32,698 bases of DNA from Rickettsia typhi. GTDB taxonomy: Bacteria; Pseudomonadota; Alphaproteobacteria; Rickettsiales; UBA1997. Positions within the stretch are counted from its first letter, which is position 1, and each line of letters opens with the position of its first letter. Position numbers and translations under genes: made by a program. This document shows positions 26,792-32,698 of the stretch, piece after piece. The notes under the pieces are model-generated. The model was given only the letters and a program-made list of their open reading frames with translations. It ran no database searches and had not been told where the DNA came from. Location of the stretch: positions 1 to 32,698 of the forward strand of contig CAMCSJ010000003.1 in NCBI GenBank assembly GCA_945878005.1, in the 5' to 3' direction.

Positions 26792-27001
26792 TTTTTGCCT
26801 TTTAAACTAAACATAATCAATTAATGGATAACCAAAATAAGATTAATATGATATTGATATATTTGGTAAAATCCTTATAATTAATTAAAATCTTTTATAC
26901 TTAATCTAAGAGTAAAACAGCTAATTTAATTCTGCTAATTGACTTAATCTTTAAATTAAAATCAACGATTTCATTTCAAAAATATAAAATTAAATGCTAA
27001 T

Positions 27002-27136
27002 TTATACTGTTAGTGAAGCACGACCTTTTGCTCTTCTTCTTGCTAATACTCTACGACCTGCAGCACTTGCCATTCTAGATCTAAAGCCATGTCTTCTTTT
27101 GCGTACTAATTTGCTTGGTTGCCAAGTTCTTTTCAT
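27002..27136 (-). CDS. rpmH: 50S ribosomal protein L34 (not in ORF track)
   Basis: Manual translation [44 protein letters not shown] (44 aa). Confidence 0.98.
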   Translation of the reverse strand: MKRTWQPSKLVRKRRHGFRSRMASAAGRRVLARRRAKGRASLTV

Positions 27137-27528
27137 AAAAATAATTTGTTAAAAACTTTAAAAATCTATCGTAATATAATTTTTTTACTAATTTTAAATA
27201 AATTTGTGTAATTTATTTAATTAATAAATTTGCTACGATAATCAACTATAAATAAATTAAATCTCATTAATGGAGGCGAAAATAGCCTAGTTAAATTGAA
27301 ATAGAATATTAATTTCAATTTATAAACCTGTTTATTACATCAAAAATAGTTTTTATTTTTTAAATAAACCCTGATTATCATTTGATTTTTCTTAGATTAT
27401 AATGATATTAATTTCGATTAATCAAATACAATCTAGCTAAATAAACATTGACCTCAACACTCGATCCAAAGATAAAATATATGCCATTACATCTCTACAT
27501 TCTAGTAAATGAACTTTTATTTGCAAGC

Positions 27529-27544
27529 ATTTTATCGATAAAAT
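27529..27544. repeat. Perfect 16-bp palindrome downstream of panD
   Basis: ATTTTATCGATAAAAT, with imperfect extension to TTGC...GCAA (27521-27551). Confidence 0.6.
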
Positions 27545-27560
27545 CTAGCAATGCTAAATA

Positions 27561-27920
27561 TTAAGGTTTTGAATTTACAATTTTATTATCATTGTTTAAA
27601 AGCAAAATTTTTGGTTGAAAATTTTTTGCCTGATCAAGTGGTAAACTGCCGTAAGCAATTATGATAACTGGATCGCCGATTTGAACTTTTCTAGCTGCTG
27701 CACCGTTAATCTTAATTTCTCCTGAATTTCTTTGAGCACTAATTGCATAGGTTGTAAATCGTTCTGCATTATTAACATTTAATACATCGACTTTTTCATT
27801 AACCAAGATTCCTGATTGATCGAGAAGTTCTTGATCAATCGAAATTGAACCTTCATAATTAAGATCAGCCTGAGTTACAAGAGCTCGATGAATCTTAGAA
27901 CGCATTACGGTAATTTGCAT
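27561..27920 (-). CDS. panD: Aspartate 1-decarboxylase proenzyme
   Basis: SKIHRA, YEG|S self-cleavage site at G24-S25, RFTTY (Y58), NGAAAR. Confidence 0.97.
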   Translation of the reverse strand: MQITVMRSKIHRALVTQADLNYEGSISIDQELLDQSGILVNEKVDVLNVNNAERFTTYAISAQRNSGEIKINGAAARKVQIGDPVIIIAYGSLPLDQAKNFQPKILLLNNDNKIVNSKP

Positions 27921-28114
27921 AATAATTTGATTATTTATTTGAAATTAAATTAGAAATTTATTTGGCTGGAATTATTTTATAAATAATTAATCCAAAATTT
28001 TTGATTAATTTTGCTTTAGAACCTACAAATTTATAACTTAAAAATTTATTTTACAATAAAATTTGCCATTAGATTTACCCTTAAAAAATTAACTAACTAA
28101 ACATAAATTTTTAT

Positions 28115-29425
28115 TTACAAAATTTTATTTTCGATTTCTTTAATAAATTTTTTTGCTAAACCCAGTAAATCAGATAACGCATCGCGGATTTTTGCATCCA
28201 CTCCAATATTGGTTTTTGCCCATTCTTTAACCCATGGTCTTGCTAAATCCCAAATATTAAGATCAGGATCTAAAGTAACTCCAACTCCTTCAACTAACAT
28301 TAAAGTTTTTTGAAGTAACAGCAATTCTGGCTTGGTTTCCATTTGATATTCTCTAGTCATTTCAATTAAACTTGTTAGTAATTTTGCAATTGATATGTCA
28401 ATTACATTAGCTCCAACGATCATTTCCCCAATTTTTCGACAAGATAATGCAAGATCATCAATATTGGTATTAGCAGGAACAAATCCAGCTTTTATGTGAA
28501 TTTCTGCAACATGACGATATTGACGATGCAAGAAACCAATCAATACTTCAGCAACTGCAATTCTGGTTTTGCGATCAATTTTTCCCATAATTCCGAAATC
28601 AACAACTGCAATATCGCCATTTTCTTTTAAAAATAAATTACCTGGATGCATATCTGCATGAAAAAATCCATGAACATAAACTTGATTAAAATAACTCAAA
28701 ACAAGGTTTGAAGCGATTTGTTTTTTATCAAATTTGCAATTTGCAATTTCTTTTTGGTTAGAAAATGCAATTCCTTCAATCCATTCTAAAACTAAAATTT
28801 TTGAAGAACAATATTGCCAAAAAATTTCAGGAACATAAAAACCTTTAATATTTTGTAAATCTTCGCGAAGCTTTGATCCGTTTGATGCTTCATGAAGAAG
28901 ATCTAATTCATATTTAGCAGTTTGTTGCAATAATTCCGCAATATCTAAAAATGTTTTGGCTAAGAATTGTGAAAATATTTTAACAAATTTTGCAAGTAAT
29001 TTTAAAGTTGCAATATCCCGATTCATGGTCTTGATAATGTTAGGGCGTAAAATTTTTACCGCAACTTTTCTTCCATTGATTAATTTGGCTTTATGAACCT
29101 GTGCAATTGATGCGGATGCAATCGAATTAAAATCAAATTCACTAAAGATTTTTTTAAATTTATCGCCATATTCAGATTGTAAAATTTGCTGAAGAGACTT
29201 GTCATCAAAGGGTTCAACATTATCTTGAAATTTTGATAATAGCTGAGCAATTCCTTCGCCAATTAAATCTGATCTAACCGATAATAACTGACCGAGCTTT
29301 ACAAAAGAAGGTCCAGCACTTTTAAAAAATAAGTAAACTGCCTTACTGCGATTTAAAATAAAAATTGGTGATAGGATTACAAAGAGAGTTATTAATCTTA
29401 ATAAATTTATTAGCGATAAAATCAT
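28115..29425 (-). CDS. ubiB: Ubiquinone biosynthesis regulatory kinase-like protein UbiB
   Basis: GPSFVKLGQ (KxGQ), ASASIAQVHKA, VAVK, FFHADMHPGN, DFGIMG, LLLLQKT. Confidence 0.95.
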   Translation of the reverse strand: MILSLINLLRLITLFVILSPIFILNRSKAVYLFFKSAGPSFVKLGQLLSVRSDLIGEGIAQLLSKFQDNVEPFDDKSLQQILQSEYGDKFKKIFSEFDFNSIASASIAQVHKAKLINGRKVAVKILRPNIIKTMNRDIATLKLLAKFVKIFSQFLAKTFLDIAELLQQTAKYELDLLHEASNGSKLREDLQNIKGFYVPEIFWQYCSSKILVLEWIEGIAFSNQKEIANCKFDKKQIASNLVLSYFNQVYVHGFFHADMHPGNLFLKENGDIAVVDFGIMGKIDRKTRIAVAEVLIGFLHRQYRHVAEIHIKAGFVPANTNIDDLALSCRKIGEMIVGANVIDISIAKLLTSLIEMTREYQMETKPELLLLQKTLMLVEGVGVTLDPDLNIWDLARPWVKEWAKTNIGVDAKIRDALSDLLGLAKKFIKEIENKIL

Positions 29426-29431
29426 GATTGA

Positions 29432-29809
29432 TTATTGGTCTTTTATACATTTTTCAGATCCGTCTGGGCATTCAATTTCTTTTGATTTAATTTCACTACC
29501 AAAGCTTTTTGAATCAGCATTTGAACCTTCATGCAAATCAACATTTATTACATCAAGATTAACATTATCAACTCCTGCCCAACCAAATAAATGCTCTATT
29601 ACTTGAGATAAAACTCGCAAAATATTGTTGGTAATATTTCGGGTTTCATTTAGCATTGATTGAATAATTCTTGTTTCAGTTTTTCCTAATTTAAGAATTA
29701 ATGCCAATTCATCAACTGTAATAATGTTAAAAAAAAGCATTATTATAATAATTGAAAAAGTTGTAGAGGTCAACAGCATAGCTACTCTCAATGGCGAGTA
29801 ATGATTCAT
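29432..29809 (-). CDS. Hypothetical membrane-anchored protein
   Basis: N-terminal hydrophobic helix and C-terminal CPDGSEKC; ends 6 nt before the ubiB start. Confidence 0.7.
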   Translation of the reverse strand: MNHYSPLRVAMLLTSTTFSIIIIMLFFNIITVDELALILKLGKTETRIIQSMLNETRNITNNILRVLSQVIEHLFGWAGVDNVNLDVINVDLHEGSNADSKSFGSEIKSKEIECPDGSEKCIKDQ

Positions 29810-30009
29810 AAATTATTGAAATAAAATTAAATTCTAGATTTTTATTTTTTAAAACCCCTGATAAATTAAGTAAAGTATTTTATGATTTTAAATTTTAAAA
29901 ATTACAATATTTTAAATAATTTAATTTGTAAATATTTTTTCAAAAATTCTAAATCAATAATTTCTAATTAATTTTATTTATTTTAATAATATCGCTATTA
30001 ATCCTCAAC

Positions 30010-30414
30010 TTATTTCGTAATTTTCTTTACGCATTCACCAAAATAGGATCTAGGGCTGAGAGGTCTTGCCTTATAACTAGTTGCAATAAGATGTGAGAAT
30101 GTCATATCATATATTTTTTCTTGACGAGATGTAATTTCAAAAGCTAAATCATTATCTTCATTGATACAAAATTTTTTTTCTTTTAAAAGTTTTTGCAATA
30201 AATTAAATTCGATTTTGCTAATTTTTACATTTTGATTTTTTACTTCATTGCCCAATTTTTTATAATTTTTTTCTAAAAATTCTTCGCTTATTGTAAAAAT
30301 AAAACTATCTCTTTCTCCCGTGCTATGAAGCGATATTTTAGCATATTTAACAGAATTAGCGCATGATGATAAAGCAATCATTAATATTATTATTTTTAAA
30401 ATTTTATAGCTCAT
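30010..30414 (-). CDS. Hypothetical lipoprotein (start revised to the ATG at 30414)
   Basis: MSYKILKIIILMIALSSC gives a clean signal and LSSC lipobox; two further Cys (FC and GEC) could form a disulfide. Confidence 0.75.
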   Translation of the reverse strand: MSYKILKIIILMIALSSCANSVKYAKISLHSTGERDSFIFTISEEFLEKNYKKLGNEVKNQNVKISKIEFNLLQKLLKEKKFCINEDNDLAFEITSRQEKIYDMTFSHLIATSYKARPLSPRSYFGECVKKITK

Positions 30415-30458
30415 AAATTTATTTAGCTGATTAATTATTTTAATTAAAATTATTTTCA

Positions 30459-30483
30459 CACTATTTCACGTCACTATTTCACG
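30459..30483. repeat. 12-bp direct repeat (period 13)
   Basis: CACTATTTCACG at 30459-30470 and 30472-30483. Confidence 0.8.
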
Positions 30484-30757
30484 CAAGTAGAATTATCTAG
30501 CTAGTTTAGATGATATTTTATTAAATTCAAATTATTTATTATCTTACAAAAATTTGATAATCATCACAATTTTTTAGCATTAATTGAGAAAATTTATTTA
30601 AAAACATTTTTAGTTAATTTCAACTAATAAATTTAGTTTTAATTTATAATTATTTATGTTTAGTTTTAGTAGGTAAATTTGAATAATAAAATTATTTTTG
30701 ATTTTTAAAAAATTTTTCTGACAAAAATTGTTAATTTTAAATTAAAAAAGATAATTT

Positions 30758-30785
30758 TTGACAATTCGTCATTTAAAATTATATT
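30758..30785 (+). promoter_or_regulatory. Candidate sigma70 promoter for the thermonuclease gene
   Basis: TTGACA-N16-TATATT; the -35 overlaps a small dyad TGAC-N5-GTCA. Confidence 0.45.
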
Positions 30786-30851
30786 GTAAAAATATTTTTG
30801 ATATTAAATCATTAATTTATTGAAATAGTAGTTAAATTTTTAAATAGCATT

Positions 30852-31301
30852 ATGAAGTTTTTCTATTTTATTGCGTTATTTTTAATTATTTCACTAAAGG
30901 CATTTGGCCTAGAAGAAGTAAGTCAAAAACATTTTTATTATTGGAAAATAATTAGAGTTGTCGATGGTGATACGCTTGAAATTGCCAATGAATTTTTACC
31001 AAAAGAACTCAAACTTTTTATTAGAATTAGAGGAATTGACACTCCTGAAAAATCTCCTAAAGCCAAATGCATTAAGGAAAATATTTTAGCACAAAAAGCT
31101 TTTAAATTTACCAAAGATTTTATTGAAACAGCTCAAAATAATCACAAAAAAATTGCCTTCACAAATATTAAATGGGATAAATTCGGTGGAAGAATTCTTG
31201 CTACAGTTTTGGTTAATGGCAATGATTTATCAACGCAACTTCTAAAAAATAAATTAGCTCGAGCATATAATGGCGAAAAGAAAAAAAGCTGGTGCGAATA
31301 A
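30852..31301 (+). CDS. Secreted thermonuclease (SNase family)
   Basis: Signal peptide; RVVDGDT, IRIRGIDTPE, DKFGGRILA and LARAYNG motifs. Confidence 0.92.
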   Translation: MKFFYFIALFLIISLKAFGLEEVSQKHFYYWKIIRVVDGDTLEIANEFLPKELKLFIRIRGIDTPEKSPKAKCIKENILAQKAFKFTKDFIETAQNNHKKIAFTNIKWDKFGGRILATVLVNGNDLSTQLLKNKLARAYNGEKKKSWCE

Positions 31302-31628
31302 TTTAAAATGAAATTTATCTAAGATAAATTTTCTTAGATGTTCAAATTTTTATAGTGAAAAAAATTCCAGATTTATAGATTTAGAGACATAAATATCAGA
31401 TCATCAATTGATATTTCATTTTTAAAAAAACTCAAAATCTAAAATGGTTCGAAAAAACGATATTGCTTGACAATTTGATATTTTTACAAAAAATAGAAAT
31501 ATAATTTTTTTATAGTTACTATCCCTCAAGACCGCGAAATATCAATATTTACCGTATTTAAATCTCAATTTTTACGCCATATTATGTTAATTATATCGTT
31601 AAACTAAATAATTAATTTTTTAAATAAT

Positions 31629-32698
31629 ATGGAATTTTTAAATAAAATTTTTACACAGCAAAAACCAGTTTTTCAATCTTCAAACTATGATTTTATGGTT
31701 GATGATTTGGAAGCTTTGAAAAAAAATCTTAAACTCGAAGAAGAGGCATTAAAAAAAACTATTTCACAAAATTTTAATTTTGAAAATGATCATAAAATTG
31801 ATGAAATTAAAAATTTGATGAAGGTAAAAATTGATGAAAAACATCATGAATATCATCGCAATAACGCATCGAATAGCAAAAGATTTCATGACATGGAAAT
31901 AATGCTTGGAATTGATGAAATCGAGATATTAAAAGATAATTTTGAACATGATTTAGATGAAAAACTTACTCACTTTAAAACTGAAATTAGCGATCAAAAA
32001 AAACAAATTGCCGAAATTGAAAATTCCATAAAATTATTTAAACTCGAAAATAATATTAATCGTCCAGCGATTTATCCTTCTAGGCGAGATAAATGGTTTG
32101 CTTATATTTTAATAGCTCTTTTAATGATTTTTGAAATTGGATTTAGCGGAAGTTTTTTTGCTAAAGGCAATGAATTGGGTTTGATTGGTGGAATTTCATT
32201 TGCATTTGTAATTACTTTAATAATGGTTTTGGGATCGGCTTTTGTTATTAATTTTTTTTACAAAATAGCTTTTGTAAAAAAGCATAAAAAAAATTCTACA
32301 AAAAATTGTTACACTTTCATTTTTTTGTTTTTTATAATAATGCCCTTGATATTGAATTTATTGATTGCACATCATCGCGAAGAGGTTGCCAATTTAAATC
32401 CTTCCGCATTTAATTTTGGTAAGATTTTTGAACCAATTAATGAATTTGATTCAATTTTATTAATTATTTTTAATTTAATTTGTTTAGCGGTTTGTACATA
32501 TAAATTATACCACCTCTTTGAACCATTCTCAGAATATGAAACACTTGATCGTAGACATAAAAAATTATTAGCAGTTTTTAATGAATTAAAGAAAAATCAA
32601 AACGAATATTTTGAAGCGCAAAAGAAAAAAACAAGCGAAGAAATTGAAAAAAAATATCAAGAAATCGGTGCCAAAAGTTCCGAGCTTCAAAACATGTA
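31629..32698 (+). CDS. Hypothetical membrane protein, coiled coil - 4 TM - coiled coil (truncated by the window end; not in ORF track)
   Basis: Manual translation is open from the ATG at 31629 to the window end (>356 aa): MEFLNKIF...RPAIYP...FEIGFSGSFFAKGNELGLIGG...LNLLIAHHRE...FEPFSEYE. Confidence 0.9.
   Translation, partial: MEFLNKIFTQQKPVFQSSNYDFMVDDLEALKKNLKLEEEALKKTISQNFNFENDHKIDEIKNLMKVKIDEKHHEYHRNNASNSKRFHDMEIMLGIDEIEILKDNFEHDLDEKLTHFKTEISDQKKQIAEIENSIKLFKLENNINRPAIYPSRRDKWFAYILIALLMIFEIGFSGSFFAKGNELGLIGGISFAFVITLIMVLGSAFVINFFYKIAFVKKHKKNSTKNCYTFIFLFFIIMPLILNLLIAHHREEVANLNPSAFNFGKIFEPINEFDSILLIIFNLICLAVCTYKLYHLFEPFSEYETLDRRHKKLLAVFNELKKNQNEYFEAQKKKTSEEIEKKYQEIGAKSSELQNM

Noticed and set aside
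26792-27560. Possible oriC next to rpmH
   Set aside because: No dnaA nearby and no cluster of DnaA boxes; only one poor match (TGGATAA, ~26825).
30415-30459. GTG-start extension of the 30010 ORF
   Set aside because: The ATG at 30414 gives a canonical lipoprotein signal; the extension would bury it.
30731-30745. TTAA-N7-TTAA CtrA-like match
   Set aside because: Entirely A/T within an A/T run; expected by chance.
31565-31592. dif-like site: TTATGTTAATT resembles the XerD arm
   Set aside because: The position of the XerC arm reads TCAATTTTTAC, lacking the conserved ATAA, so only a half match in AT-rich DNA.
1-32698. CRISPR arrays, tRNA/rRNA genes, IS elements, integrase or prophage
   Set aside because: No regularly spaced repeat-spacer units, no GC-rich structured RNA stretches and no transposase, integrase or phage structural motifs were seen.

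Overview
This is a very AT-rich (roughly one quarter G+C by eye) alphaproteobacterial chromosome segment. It is most consistent with a Rickettsiales-like organism: lipoyl-less pdhB, a dolichol/phytol-kinase-like gene directly before dnaG-rpoD, and a C-terminal Cys-tail ferrochelatase. It keeps genes that reduced Rickettsia lack (trpF, panD, cbb3 assembly genes ccoHIS). Most of the window is reshuffled housekeeping: znuB-hemH-ybeY, pdhAB, ftsB-like-DGK-dnaG-rpoD, rph, rlmN, SPOR-lipoprotein-dacA-ybaB-trpF, a KimA-like transporter, rpmH-rnpA-ccoH-ccoI-ccoS, panD and ubiB. Orphan or accessory genes are interspersed: a 393-aa orphan, an RHH protein, a prepilin-LamG protein, a DUF900 lipoprotein, a thermonuclease and a truncated 4-TM coiled-coil protein. 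Four real CDS are missing from the supplied ORF track: ybeY (partial), ccoS, rpmH and the terminal ORF from 31629. I found no tRNA, rRNA, CRISPR array, transposase or integrase. Best leads: (1) a toxin-less RHH gene and its terminator bracketed by a perfect 13-bp inverted repeat; (2) RnpA with a ~70-aa in-frame insertion, in an operon where ccoHIS take the place of yidD-yidC; (3) RpoD with a ~220-aa Lys-rich N-terminal extension. I cannot demonstrate a complete new multi-gene system from sequence alone.
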